Assembly: GCA_050115675.1 (NCBI GenBank)
Contig: JASFQB010000008.1
Coordinates: 10,854-74,853, forward strand
Direction: 5' to 3'
DNA from: Candidatus Woesebacteria bacterium
Lineage (GTDB): Bacteria > Patescibacteriota > Saccharimonadia > Saccharimonadales > EFPC-124
Length of the DNA: 64,000 nt
Both the position numbers and the translations under genes were made by a program. The notes under the pieces were generated by a model that had not been told where the DNA came from, did no database searches, and was given only the letters and a program-made list of their open reading frames with translations. This document shows, piece after piece, positions 19,328 through 30,132 of the stretch (position 1 is the first letter of the stretch; every line of letters begins with the position of its first letter).

Positions 19328-20554
19328 ATGGAAAACGTGCCCGAAGCGAAGTCCAAACAGTCTACCAAAACTGGGATAAACCCAGTAAGACAACATAACA
19401 GCAATCCTTTTTCGACCGCGATTACTGGAATTAAAAACTTGTTCTCTCTAAACACTGGAACACTAGTAGCAACCGTGCTATTTAATATTGGGTTAGGCAT
19501 ACTTGCAGCTTTGACTGCCGGAATCATGCTGGCAGCGCTAATGGCCTACGCGGTAAACCACGCAGCAGAAGTGTTGGCAGGATTCTACAGCATAACACTA
19601 TCCCTTTCCCCACAAATCACAGATTTTAGTGCAGGTTTTAGTGACGCAAGCATATTTGTAACCTGGATCATTGGCGCAGCGTTACTACTGTGTATAGCAA
19701 CTGTAGCCCAAGCCGTGCAGACCAAGCTGGCAACCTCAACCGCTCAAGCTCAACACATTAGTTTTGGCGAGCTATTTAAAAAGAGCTTCGCGAGAATATT
19801 ACCACTGCTTGGTTTTATGGGACTAGCTTTTTTGGCTTTTGTGGTCATTGCGATAGTGCTTGGACTTATCGCTAGCGCACTAGCTATGATTGCAATTGTG
19901 CTTGGCATTTTAGTCGCTGTTGCACTATTTTACTTTGGCATACGGTTAACATTTACAATTTTTGCGATTGTAGAGGAAGCCATGGGCCCAATTCAGGCTA
20001 TCAAGCGAAGCTGGCAAATAACTGACGGACACTTTGCTGAAACAATTGGCATATTAGCAGTAGGTTCATTGATAGTCATGCTGCCAACAGGAATTTTAAG
20101 CGCACTTACACTCACCACAAACGGTAACGTAAGTTCACTAATAGCCCTTATAAACAGTCTATTAGCATTAATAATTGGCACAGTAACGACCGTAGCAATT
20201 GCAGAACGCTTTGAGCAATTGCGCCAAATTGCGGACGGCAAGATTAAATCTACCGAAAAAGCAAATATACAGAACTACTTGGCAATTGTTTATGTAATTG
20301 TTGCAAGTATTTTTGTAAGCATAATTACACCAACCCAAACTTACACCTACGACACTTACGACATCTACAACAACGATAGCTATTATGATGACAGCTATTA
20401 CAACAACACCGACTATAACTACGATGACTACTACAACGATTACAACAACTACCTAAACGACACTTACGACAGTACAGACTACAACTACAATTACGACGAA
20501 TACTATGACGGCTACGAATATGATTACAACTACGACGACTCAACCGTTTATTAA
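19328..20554 (+). CDS. Polytopic membrane protein with Tyr/Asp/Asn-rich C-terminal tail
   Basis: AAGGAG SD. About 7 hydrophobic helices. The last ~75 aa are almost exclusively Y/D/N/T (YNYDDYYNDYNNY...). Confidence 0.6.
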   Translation: MENVPEAKSKQSTKTGINPVRQHNSNPFSTAITGIKNLFSLNTGTLVATVLFNIGLGILAALTAGIMLAALMAYAVNHAAEVLAGFYSITLSLSPQITDFSAGFSDASIFVTWIIGAALLLCIATVAQAVQTKLATSTAQAQHISFGELFKKSFARILPLLGFMGLAFLAFVVIAIVLGLIASALAMIAIVLGILVAVALFYFGIRLTFTIFAIVEEAMGPIQAIKRSWQITDGHFAETIGILAVGSLIVMLPTGILSALTLTTNGNVSSLIALINSLLALIIGTVTTVAIAERFEQLRQIADGKIKSTEKANIQNYLAIVYVIVASIFVSIITPTQTYTYDTYDIYNNDSYYDDSYYNNTDYNYDDYYNDYNNYLNDTYDSTDYNYNYDEYYDGYEYDYNYDDSTVY

Positions 20555-20643
20555 ACCATAGCAATACTACACAACAACAAAGCCGCCCCAGAGCGGCTTT
20601 GTTGTTACATCAACTCACACACAAATCACGGCAACATCAGCCA

Positions 20644-20672
20644 TTGACACAGCCTTAAAACACTGTTATCAT
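20644..20672 (+). promoter_or_regulatory. Sigma70-like promoter for the small zinc-ribbon gene
   Basis: TTGACA (20644-20649), 17-nt spacer, TATCAT (20667-20672). Confidence 0.5.
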
Positions 20673-20717
20673 TTTGTAGCAAACTGATCCCGCTCTTTTA
20701 CAGAGAGGATGGTCGTA

Positions 20718-20873
20718 ATGGCCGTCAAGAGCAGCCCCAACGCCAAAGGCTTTTTCGTAAATCCGATCAAGGTCACCTGCAGCGGGTGCAACGGAAAGTC
20801 TTACGTCAAGCCGTCAGACGGCGGCAACTGGAAGTGCTGCCATTGCAACCATGTAAACGGTACTGGTAGGTAG
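20718..20873 (+). CDS. 51-aa zinc-ribbon-like microprotein (below ORF-track cutoff)
   Basis: Manual translation: MAVKSSPNAKGFFVNPIKVTCSGCNGKSYVKPSDGGNWKCCHCNHVNGTGR. It has paired CxxC...CxxC motifs, a GAGGA SD 7 nt upstream, its own promoter and a downstream hairpin. Confidence 0.55.
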   Translation: MAVKSSPNAKGFFVNPIKVTCSGCNGKSYVKPSDGGNWKCCHCNHVNGTGR

Positions 20874-20950
20874 CCCAGCAGCCAAGCGCTATCAATGGCC
20901 TCGTTTCTGCAAACGCCATTTGCAGTGCAACGAGGTCATATTTTTAATTA

Positions 20951-20990
20951 AAAACAAAACACCTGATATAGAATCCAGGTGTTTTGTTTT
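20951..20990. terminator. Bidirectional hairpin terminator
   Basis: 15-bp stem: AAAACAAAACACCTG (20951-20965) pairs with CAGGTGTTTTGTTTT (20976-20990). A/T runs flank both sides. It lies between the zinc-ribbon gene and atpC. Confidence 0.75.
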
Positions 20991-21011
20991 ATATTGCACG
21001 AAGCAAAAATA

Positions 21012-22837
<1,826 letters not shown>

Positions 22838-22851
22838 TTATATCTCCTTGT

Positions 22852-23721
22852 CTAATCGTTAAGTGCCTGCGCGCCACCTGAAATTTCAGCTAATTCTTGC
22901 GTAATGGCAGCCTGGCGGGCGTTGTTGTATGCAAGCGTTAAATCATCTGTTAATTCGGTAGCATTATCTGAAGAGTTTTTCATGGCCATCATACGCATAG
23001 AATGCTCTGACGCCACAGACTCTAAAAAGCTTTGCAGTAGCTGAGTTTGTAATAATCGCAAAGTAGCGCTTTGCAAAACAACGTCTGTAGATGGCTCGAA
23101 CTCGGCCTCTAAAACAACATCCGTGGGTTTTACTTCAGCAAAACCAGCTGGCAAAAGACGCATTTTATTTGCTTCTTGACGAATGCTAGACACATACTGC
23201 GTATACAAAATGTCTACCGCGTCAATTTCTTTATCTGTAAACATTTGCAAAGCAGTGCTTATTACAGGCTGCAAATCGTTAACGCTGGGATGGTCGGGCA
23301 TGCCGACATAAACGCCCACAACATTTGCTTCGGTCAAGCGCGAGGCTAAGTTTGCGCCCTGACGTCCAATACATATTGTGTATGTTTTTATTTTGTCAGA
23401 GCTGTCTTTTTTAAGCTCGGCAATGTAGTTTTTTAAGATGTTGCTGTTATAAGCACCGGCTAAAGTTCGGTCACTTGTAATCATAATTACAAGGCGCGCC
23501 TTAACTGGCCTTTCAGCAAATAGCTCGCTTGAGGATATTTGCATTTGACTACCAAGCCCAGACAAAATCTCGCGTGCGACCTGACTAAAACGACGAGTAC
23601 GAGCAGCCGTTTCTTGCGCGCGACGCATGCGCGATGCCGCCACAAGTTCCATTGCCTTGGTAATTTGCTTAATGCTTTTTACCGAGGTAATGCGACTTTT
23701 AATTTGCTGACGAGACGCCAT
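22852..23721 (-). CDS. atpG: F1 ATP synthase subunit gamma
   Basis: Operon position between alpha and beta. Conserved N-terminus IKSRITSVKSIKQITKAMELVAASRMRRAQ and C-terminus NNARQAAITQELAEI. Confidence 0.9.
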   Translation of the reverse strand: MASRQQIKSRITSVKSIKQITKAMELVAASRMRRAQETAARTRRFSQVAREILSGLGSQMQISSSELFAERPVKARLVIMITSDRTLAGAYNSNILKNYIAELKKDSSDKIKTYTICIGRQGANLASRLTEANVVGVYVGMPDHPSVNDLQPVISTALQMFTDKEIDAVDILYTQYVSSIRQEANKMRLLPAGFAEVKPTDVVLEAEFEPSTDVVLQSATLRLLQTQLLQSFLESVASEHSMRMMAMKNSSDNATELTDDLTLAYNNARQAAITQELAEISGGAQALND

Positions 23722-23766
23722 GTTACAAACCCTCCTGACTTAAAATTGTAGGAGCAGGGATAAGCA

Positions 23767-25290
23767 TTAGATGCTTAGCTCCTTGGCTACTTTTTTGGCA
23801 ACTTTTAGAATTAGCTCGCGAATTTCTTCGCTTGGCTTGTCGCCCTTGTTTAATTCACGCATTTTGTCTTTGTTATCTTGCCATAGATTTGTTAGCAAAG
23901 ATTCTTTTGCAGCATGAATTTTTTCTACAGGAACTTCGTCAAACTCACCAGCAGTTGCCGCCATAACTACAGCGGTTTGCTCCCAAACACTCATAGGAGT
24001 GTACTGAGGCTGTTTTAACAACTCAGTTAAGCGCTGACCGCGGTTGATCTTTTGCTTAGTGTCAGCATCGAGGTCGCTAGAAAACTGTGCAAAAGCAGCA
24101 AGCTCGCGGAACTGTGCGAGGTCAAGGCGCAAGCTACCGCTCACACTTTTAACAGCCTTAGTTTGAGCCGAACCACCAACACGAGAGACCGACAAACCAA
24201 CAGAGATAGCTGGGCGAATACCCTGATAAAACAAGTTAGTCTCAAGAAAGATCTGTCCATCTGTAATAGAGATCACGTTGGTTGGAATATAAGCCGAAAT
24301 GTCGCCAGCTTGAGTTTCGATAATAGGCAAAGCGGTTAGCGAACCAGCACCTAGTTTGTCGCTAAGTTTTGCAGAACGTTCAAGCAAGCGAGAGTGCAGG
24401 TAAAATACATCGCCAGGAAAAGCTTCGCGTCCTGGTGGTCGCCTTAGCAACAACGACATCTGACGATAGGCAACAGCGTGCTTTGAAAGGTCATCGTAAA
24501 TAATTAAGGCGTGTTGCTTGTTATCGCGGAAATACTCAGCCATGGCCGTACCAGCGTACGGAGCCAAGTAAAGCATAGAGGCAGGATCAGCAGGGCTCGT
24601 TGCGATAACAATGGTCTGTTCCATAACGCCCTCTTGCTTTAAGCGCTCAACAATGCGGCTAACTTTACTTAATTTTTGACCAACCGCAACGTAAACGTTT
24701 ATAACACCGGTATTTTGACGAGCTTGGTTTATCATCGTATCAATTGCGATGGCAGTCTTACCAGTTTGGCGGTCACCAATAATAAGCTCACGCTGACCGC
24801 GACCAATAGGGATCATGGTGTCTACAGACATAAGGCCAGTCATTAAAGGTTCATGAACTGATTTTCTTTCCATAACGCCAGGAGCTGGACGCTCAATAAG
24901 GCCAGTATTTTTTGCCTTGATTGGGCCAGCACCGTCCAAAGGACGACCCAATGGGTCAACCACGCGGCCCAAAAGCTCTGGGCCAACTGGAACATCCAAA
25001 ATTTTTCCGCTTCGCTTTGCGCGTGCGCCAGCTACGACTTTAATATCTTCGCCCAAAAGCACGGCACCGATTTCGTCTTCCATAAGGTTTAGCGCAAAAG
25101 CGCTAACGGTTGAACCATCGGTTCCTTCAATTTCTATAACTTCGTTAAAACCACAAGAGGTTAGGCCGTAAACCCAAGCCACACCGTCACCAACACGGGT
25201 GACAATACCAACTTGTTCTAAGCCCTCTTTGGCTTCTAGCTCGTTGATGGCTGACTGAATATCAGCCGCCAGTTCTTTTACAGATATCAT
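23767..25290 (-). CDS. atpA: F1 ATP synthase subunit alpha
   Basis: Walker A GDRQTGKT, plus [26 protein letters not shown]. Confidence 0.95.
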   Translation of the reverse strand: MISVKELAADIQSAINELEAKEGLEQVGIVTRVGDGVAWVYGLTSCGFNEVIEIEGTDGSTVSAFALNLMEDEIGAVLLGEDIKVVAGARAKRSGKILDVPVGPELLGRVVDPLGRPLDGAGPIKAKNTGLIERPAPGVMERKSVHEPLMTGLMSVDTMIPIGRGQRELIIGDRQTGKTAIAIDTMINQARQNTGVINVYVAVGQKLSKVSRIVERLKQEGVMEQTIVIATSPADPASMLYLAPYAGTAMAEYFRDNKQHALIIYDDLSKHAVAYRQMSLLLRRPPGREAFPGDVFYLHSRLLERSAKLSDKLGAGSLTALPIIETQAGDISAYIPTNVISITDGQIFLETNLFYQGIRPAISVGLSVSRVGGSAQTKAVKSVSGSLRLDLAQFRELAAFAQFSSDLDADTKQKINRGQRLTELLKQPQYTPMSVWEQTAVVMAATAGEFDEVPVEKIHAAKESLLTNLWQDNKDKMRELNKGDKPSEEIRELILKVAKKVAKELSI

Positions 25291-25291
25291 A

Positions 25292-25702
25292 TTATTTTAT
25301 TCCTCCAGATTTTAGACTTGCAAGTTGCTTCATTTTACGTCTAGCAGACACATCCAGCTCGCGGTCGGCGGTATTGATAACCATGCCGCTTAACAGATCA
25401 GGCTCTACAGTTTTTTCTAGCTCAACATGCTTTGCGCCCGTGGCTTGCTTTAAGTAGGCAATAATCTCTAAGCGTGACGCTTCGTTTAGGTCAAATGCAG
25501 AGCGAACCTCTGCCAAAAGCACGCCTTCGCTAATTTCTAGCTCGCGGGCAATATCTTTTACTAACAAATCAAGCTGACTGGCTTGCTTGTTAACAATAAG
25601 ATAGGCCGCTATAGATTTTACAATTTCTGACTGATTTTTTGGATGTTCAGCAATAAGTCGCACAGCTGTTTTTGCAAGTCGTCGCCTGGAGATTCTGGCC
25701 AT
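25292..25702 (-). CDS. atpH: F1 ATP synthase subunit delta (short form, 136 aa)
   Basis: Operon position between b and alpha. OSCP-like C-terminal pattern ([25 protein letters not shown]). It is shorter than typical ~180-aa deltas. Confidence 0.7.
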   Translation of the reverse strand: MARISRRRLAKTAVRLIAEHPKNQSEIVKSIAAYLIVNKQASQLDLLVKDIARELEISEGVLLAEVRSAFDLNEASRLEIIAYLKQATGAKHVELEKTVEPDLLSGMVINTADRELDVSARRKMKQLASLKSGGIK

Positions 25703-25704
25703 TT

Positions 25705-26256
25705 TTACTTGGCCTCCTTAAGCGCGCCTGCAATCAGCTGAGCATCACTTTTTGCGTCTACTTTTTGCTTAATTACTTGTTCTGTTGCGCTCGCCACAAG
25801 TTGGGCTGTCTCTTTTTTAAGAGATTCACGGGCTGCATTTAGCTCGTTGCTCATTTGAGCGCTTGCCTCGGCAACAATGTGCTCGGCACGTTTTACAGCC
25901 TTTTCTTCAGCGGCCTCAACAATTGTAGCGGCCTCTTTTTGGCCTGTAGCTACCATTGCGTCAGCTTCTTTTCGGGCAGAACGAATAATGTCTGCAACTT
26001 TGTGCTCAACGTTTTTTAATTGTTCTTCAGCTTTTTTGGCATTTTTTACGCCATCTTCAATAGTCTCGCGACGATTTTCGATAGCTTTAATTAGATATGG
26101 GTAAACAAATTTTGCCAAAACCCAAACCATAACCAAAAATGCTAAAGTTTGCAAAATAAGCAACTTGCCATCAATGCCCAAAGCACCCAGCAAATCGCCA
26201 CCAGACGATTCTGTGACTGCTTCTTCGGCTGTTGCAAAATACATAAACAAATTCAT
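25705..26256 (-). CDS. atpF: Fo ATP synthase subunit b
   Basis: Single N-terminal TM helix followed by a long charged helix; operon position. Confidence 0.8.
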   Translation of the reverse strand: MNLFMYFATAEEAVTESSGGDLLGALGIDGKLLILQTLAFLVMVWVLAKFVYPYLIKAIENRRETIEDGVKNAKKAEEQLKNVEHKVADIIRSARKEADAMVATGQKEAATIVEAAEEKAVKRAEHIVAEASAQMSNELNAARESLKKETAQLVASATEQVIKQKVDAKSDAQLIAGALKEAK

Positions 26257-26283
26257 GATGGCAGTTTAAGCTCCTATTACTTA

Positions 26284-26499
26284 CTATTTAAGGAATTTAA
26301 TAATCAAGGCTACGACCAAACCAATGATGGCCAAGGCGTCTACGAATGACATTGCCAAAACCATTAGGGTTCTAACGTTGCCCAAAGTTTCTGGGTTGCG
26401 GCCAACTGCGTTTAGCGCAGCTGCACCAATTAGGCCTAGACCAATGCCACACAAACCGGCACCAATTGCGTAGGTAAGACCAAATGCTAGTGACTCCAT
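26284..26499 (-). CDS. atpE: Fo ATP synthase subunit c
   Basis: 71-aa two-helix hairpin with a GRNPE loop and the carboxylate helix (SFVDALAIIGLVVALI). Confidence 0.9.
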   Translation of the reverse strand: MESLAFGLTYAIGAGLCGIGLGLIGAAALNAVGRNPETLGNVRTLMVLAMSFVDALAIIGLVVALIIKFLK

Positions 26500-26545
26500 A
26501 TTTTTTATTATCTCCTTTATTTAATTTTACAATTTAATTAACCAA

Positions 26546-27346
26546 TCAACTTCCGGCGGTCTGTTTTACAGCAGCAGGGGAATTGGTTTCAATATCTTCG
26601 TGTTGGGCATGATCTCCGTGAGACGACCCTAGCGAAACAAATACAACTGTTAGCATAAAGAACACATAAGCCTGAACTGCGCCAACAAACAGCTCTAGCA
26701 ACATAAATACTGGCAAGCCCAAAGGTGCAGCATATTGGGTAAGATAACCAATGACAGCAAGCAAAACCTCGCCGCCAAAAACATTGCCAAACAAACGCAT
26801 ACTTAAGGCGGTCAATCTAGAAAACTCAGCAATAAATTCTAGCGGGCCATCGACGCTACTTACATAACGCTTAACGTTACCCCAGGGTCCAAGAGCGCGT
26901 ATTGCCCATATTTGCACAGTCACCATAGAAACAATTGCCAGCGCAAAAGTCACGTTAAGGTCAGCAGCTAAACCTCTGAATAATGGCACTCCGTTATACG
27001 TGACAGACGAACCAACAAAAGGCAAAAGCCCCAACCAGTTGTTAACTAAAATCAAAACAAACAATGTTACCGCAAGTGGCGCAATTTTTTTGGCTTTTTC
27101 GCGGCTGCCCATAACGTCAACAATTGTGCCAAATAAGATCTCGAACAGCCACATAACTGCATACATAAAAAGACTTCTAGAGCCCTTTTTAATTAAACGA
27201 GCTGTAGCAAAAAATATGCCGAGCACAATTGCATAACCCAAAATACCCAGCAAAATAGTGTTAGTTATTGGCAGAGGACCAATGTGAAACAGAGTATCTG
27301 GGGTAAGGCTAACATGCGGGCCAGAACTGGCAAAATAATTTTGCAT
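26546..27346 (-). CDS. atpB: Fo ATP synthase subunit a
   Basis: Polytopic protein with the conserved LSMRLFGNVFGGE arginine motif. Confidence 0.9.
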   Translation of the reverse strand: MQNYFASSGPHVSLTPDTLFHIGPLPITNTILLGILGYAIVLGIFFATARLIKKGSRSLFMYAVMWLFEILFGTIVDVMGSREKAKKIAPLAVTLFVLILVNNWLGLLPFVGSSVTYNGVPLFRGLAADLNVTFALAIVSMVTVQIWAIRALGPWGNVKRYVSSVDGPLEFIAEFSRLTALSMRLFGNVFGGEVLLAVIGYLTQYAAPLGLPVFMLLELFVGAVQAYVFFMLTVVFVSLGSSHGDHAQHEDIETNSPAAVKQTAGS

Positions 27347-27350
27347 AGTT

Positions 27351-27617
27351 TTATTTAATCCCTTGTATTCTTACAATTTGCTTTTTAACAAGCCATCCAG
27401 CGAAGGCAAAGCCTAGCACAACGCCTAGAAGAGTTGCCCACGGTTTTACAGACAAGCTTACATCTAGCCAAATACCTAAACCGGCAAACAATATTACTGG
27501 AGTAAAAATTCGCCAGGTGGTATCTGCCATTGTTAGTAAAATAACGGAGGTTGTCAAAGCGTCACTCTTGTTGTCGCTACTGGCTTCTGTCGCATTGGCT
27601 GTATTGTTAGGCTTCAT
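27351..27617 (-). CDS. AtpZ/AtpI-like small membrane protein, first gene of atp operon
   Basis: 88 aa with two TM helices, immediately upstream of atpB. The call rests on position and topology only. Confidence 0.5.
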   Translation of the reverse strand: MKPNNTANATEASSDNKSDALTTSVILLTMADTTWRIFTPVILFAGLGIWLDVSLSVKPWATLLGVVLGFAFAGWLVKKQIVRIQGIK

Positions 27618-27733
27618 TACAGGGCGAATATATCACACGGTGAATAAAAAAGCAATCATCAAATAGTGTTATTTTTATTCAAAAAACAATATATATAATA
27701 GGACATAGGGTTAATTAAGTAGAAAGGCATTAA

Positions 27734-27985
27734 ATGCAACCAACTGTAGTAATTTATTCTTCGCCAGGATGTGCGTACTGCCACGACGCAGCAGAGTTTT
27801 TAAAAGAAAGGCAAATTGACTTCGTTGAAAAAGACATAACTACAGACCAAGAAGCTCTAAAGTACGTTTTAGAAGAAGTAGGCCAAGCAGTTACGCCCAT
27901 AATAACAGTTAACGACGAAGTGATAATTGGATTTGATAGACAAAAACTAGAAAACGCAATTAAAAACTCAAGAAAAGGTGAATAG
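27734..27985 (+). CDS. Glutaredoxin-like protein (NrdH/YruB-type redoxin)
   Basis: 83 aa. VVIYSSPGCAYCHDAAEFL carries a CxxC active site. The TPIITV...IIGFD pattern indicates a thioredoxin fold. Confidence 0.8.
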   Translation: MQPTVVIYSSPGCAYCHDAAEFLKERQIDFVEKDITTDQEALKYVLEEVGQAVTPIITVNDEVIIGFDRQKLENAIKNSRKGE

Positions 27986-28046
27986 TCTGCAAGTCGCAAC
28001 ATAAAGTTTGACTAAATAGATCAGACAGTTATGCTACACTATTTTT

Positions 28047-28640
28047 ATGAGTAGCACGCAACCCAGCCAAATACCCCCTAACGAGTACAAAACAAAAGAC
28101 AGTGTAGTATTAGTTTACACCGGAGAGAATAAAGGCAAAACCAGCGCCGCAATTGGGTTGGTTTGTCGTGCGCTTGGAAACAGCTGGAAGGTGGCATTTG
28201 TACAATTTATCAAACATTGGGAAGTAGGCGAGCATCGTTTTTTGGCGGAAGTTGCTCCTAATTTTGGCGACAAACTTACATTTTATGTAGGCGGCAAAGG
28301 CTTTTATAATGCTCAAAAATTAAGTGCAAAAAACGTCAGTCAAGAACAACACGAGCAAGCCGCTTTAGAAACTTACAATTTTGCCATGAGTTGCGCAACA
28401 TCTGGCGCATATCAGTTGGTGGTGTGTGACGAAATAAACAACGCCGTCAACGACGGACTTCTTGGTGAGCTAGACCTTGCCGATCTTGTTACAAAAAAAC
28501 ACCCCAAAACAAGCTTGTGCTTAACAGGGCGCAACTTTCCTAAAGAGCTTTTGCGTTGCGTTGACATTGCAACAGAAATGAAAAAAATAAAACATCACTA
28601 CGATGACAATTTTTTGGCTAACAGAGGAATAGATTATTAA
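28047..28640 (+). CDS. Cob(I)yrinic acid a,c-diamide / cob(I)alamin adenosyltransferase (CobA/CobO/BtuR family)
   Basis: P-loop VYTGENKGKTSAAIGL followed by VAFVQFIK. The C-terminus ends ...ANRGIDY, as in E. coli BtuR (...QMGIDY). Confidence 0.78.
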   Translation: MSSTQPSQIPPNEYKTKDSVVLVYTGENKGKTSAAIGLVCRALGNSWKVAFVQFIKHWEVGEHRFLAEVAPNFGDKLTFYVGGKGFYNAQKLSAKNVSQEQHEQAALETYNFAMSCATSGAYQLVVCDEINNAVNDGLLGELDLADLVTKKHPKTSLCLTGRNFPKELLRCVDIATEMKKIKHHYDDNFLANRGIDY

Positions 28641-28648
28641 AATTTGAA

Positions 28649-28676
28649 GAGCGGCATCCATGTGCAGATGCCGCTC
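28649..28676. terminator. Bidirectional hairpin terminator
   Basis: GAGCGGCATC (28649-28658) pairs with GATGCCGCTC (28667-28676). It lies between convergent genes. Confidence 0.7.
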
Positions 28677-28691
28677 GGCAATACTCGATAA

Positions 28692-29312
28692 CTACAAAAC
28701 TAGCCTTTGGATTGCGGCCACAGCCGCAGGCAACATATCGCGATAGGCGCGACCATCTTGCGTAGTATCACCAATCATGGTAATCTTCCAGCCGTCACTG
28801 TCATCACGAGACACAACAGCCATAACAATGCCGCGATGATCGTCCTTCAGGGCTGTCAAACTGAATTCCCCAAAGACGGTCTTTGCTCCATTGCTAGTAT
28901 CGTAAACGCGACAGCTAGCGTTGGCAACATCCTTAAAGCTCTGTCCAGAGTATGACCCAACCACAAAGACCAAATAATTAACATTACCCGGAACGCTGTC
29001 AAGGTTAACGGCAATTGTTTCGTTATCACCATCACCTTTACCAGTAAGGTTATCTCCCGAATGACGAACAGCGCCCATGCGAGAACGCAGCCTCCTGTAC
29101 CACACAGAATCCACTTCCTGCCCGTCTGAGCTAAGCATGATGCAAGAAGCATCAAGATCAATCTCGCGAGGCGGTGCAAGGACAGCCCGCCAGCCACTAC
29201 GCTCGACAGGATCCCATCCCAGCCCCATGGCGATACTGGTAAGACCAGCGCCAGACTGAACAGCACCCTTGCGCAGCGAAACTGGCTGGTTCTTGCTAAA
29301 AGAGACTGGCAT
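28692..29312 (-). CDS. TerD-family stress/tellurite-resistance domain protein (canonical)
   Basis: MGLGWDP...DLDAS pattern plus the Ca-binding-type motif SGDNLTGKGDGDNETI. I prefer the ATG at 29312 (GGGAG 7 nt upstream). Confidence 0.85.
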   Translation of the reverse strand: MPVSFSKNQPVSLRKGAVQSGAGLTSIAMGLGWDPVERSGWRAVLAPPREIDLDASCIMLSSDGQEVDSVWYRRLRSRMGAVRHSGDNLTGKGDGDNETIAVNLDSVPGNVNYLVFVVGSYSGQSFKDVANASCRVYDTSNGAKTVFGEFSLTALKDDHRGIVMAVVSRDDSDGWKITMIGDTTQDGRAYRDMLPAAVAAIQRLVL

Positions 29313-29403
29313 GTCAACTCCCAAGGTTTGATGTGACAACTTATATATAATATCATTTTTTAGCGCTACATCAAGGTTGTTTACAAGAAATAAAGCTTAA
29401 AAA

Positions 29404-29430
29404 GCGGCATTCGTATCAGATGAATGCCGC
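29404..29430 (-). terminator. Hairpin terminator after the TerD-like paralog
   Basis: GCGGCATTC (29404-29412) pairs with GAATGCCGC (29422-29430). A T-run follows on the minus strand. Confidence 0.65.
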
Positions 29431-29438
29431 CAACTTGC

Positions 29439-30008
29439 TTAACGTCGCAAATTACGGATTACGTGCTCGGCTACGATATACAGCTCACTTCTGTTCGCTG
29501 TACCTGCATTTGTCTTATTAATTGTCCATCCATCGGTAACGCGTGACAGCACAGCAAAGACAATGCCCTCATACTCACCTGTGATGCGACGAGGTCTCTC
29601 TACTCTGCGGACAGCTAACTCAAACTCACCAAAAGATGTTCTTGACCCGCCACTCGTGTCATAAACACAAGCACTAGCGCTGGAGACCTTGCTAAAATCT
29701 GAATCGAGAGATCTAATAACAAAAGCCATGTAGCCAATGCTACTTGGAATCTTTCTAAAATCGATACCTACCGCTTTTGTATCTCTTCCCTCGGCTTTGG
29801 CAAGACACCAGCCACCTTTGGTATCACTAGTCAGAATGCAATACCTATCAAATGCAAGAACATCTACAGCAGCACTAGGGCGTCTAGCAAAAACTCCCAG
29901 CAGCCTTTTGGTCCTGACAAAATTTAATCTCAGCTCCACATCAATACTGTCAATGTTAGTCCCATTCCTGTGCAAAGCAACAGTAAGATTCTCGTTTAGA
30001 ACAAACAT
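29439..30008 (-). CDS. Divergent TerD-like paralog lacking the acidic GDN/GDGD motif
   Basis: Collinear with the neighbouring TerD (…VDVLAF…IGYMAFVIRS…ASACVYDTSGGSRTSFGEFEL vs …NYLVFVVGS…ANASCRVYDTSNGAKTVFGEFSL). The Ca-motif region reads LTSDTKGGWCLAKAEGRDTK instead. ATG at 30008 with GGAGG 6 nt upstream. Confidence 0.6.
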   Translation of the reverse strand: MFVLNENLTVALHRNGTNIDSIDVELRLNFVRTKRLLGVFARRPSAAVDVLAFDRYCILTSDTKGGWCLAKAEGRDTKAVGIDFRKIPSSIGYMAFVIRSLDSDFSKVSSASACVYDTSGGSRTSFGEFELAVRRVERPRRITGEYEGIVFAVLSRVTDGWTINKTNAGTANRSELYIVAEHVIRNLRR

Positions 30009-30132
30009 AACAGCCTCCAAAACTGGACTCAAATTCACTTATATTATCTGTTCATCTTCTGGCAAGTACAATTTATAATAACTAACGTAAGCATGATACT
30101 TACACAAGAACATAAAATAAAAAGGAGATCAT

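Noticed and set aside
20325-20564. 79-aa Cys/Arg-rich ORF on the minus strand.
   Set aside because: It is the mirror image of the Tyr/Asp/Asn-rich tail of ORF 19328-20554 and has no independent signals.
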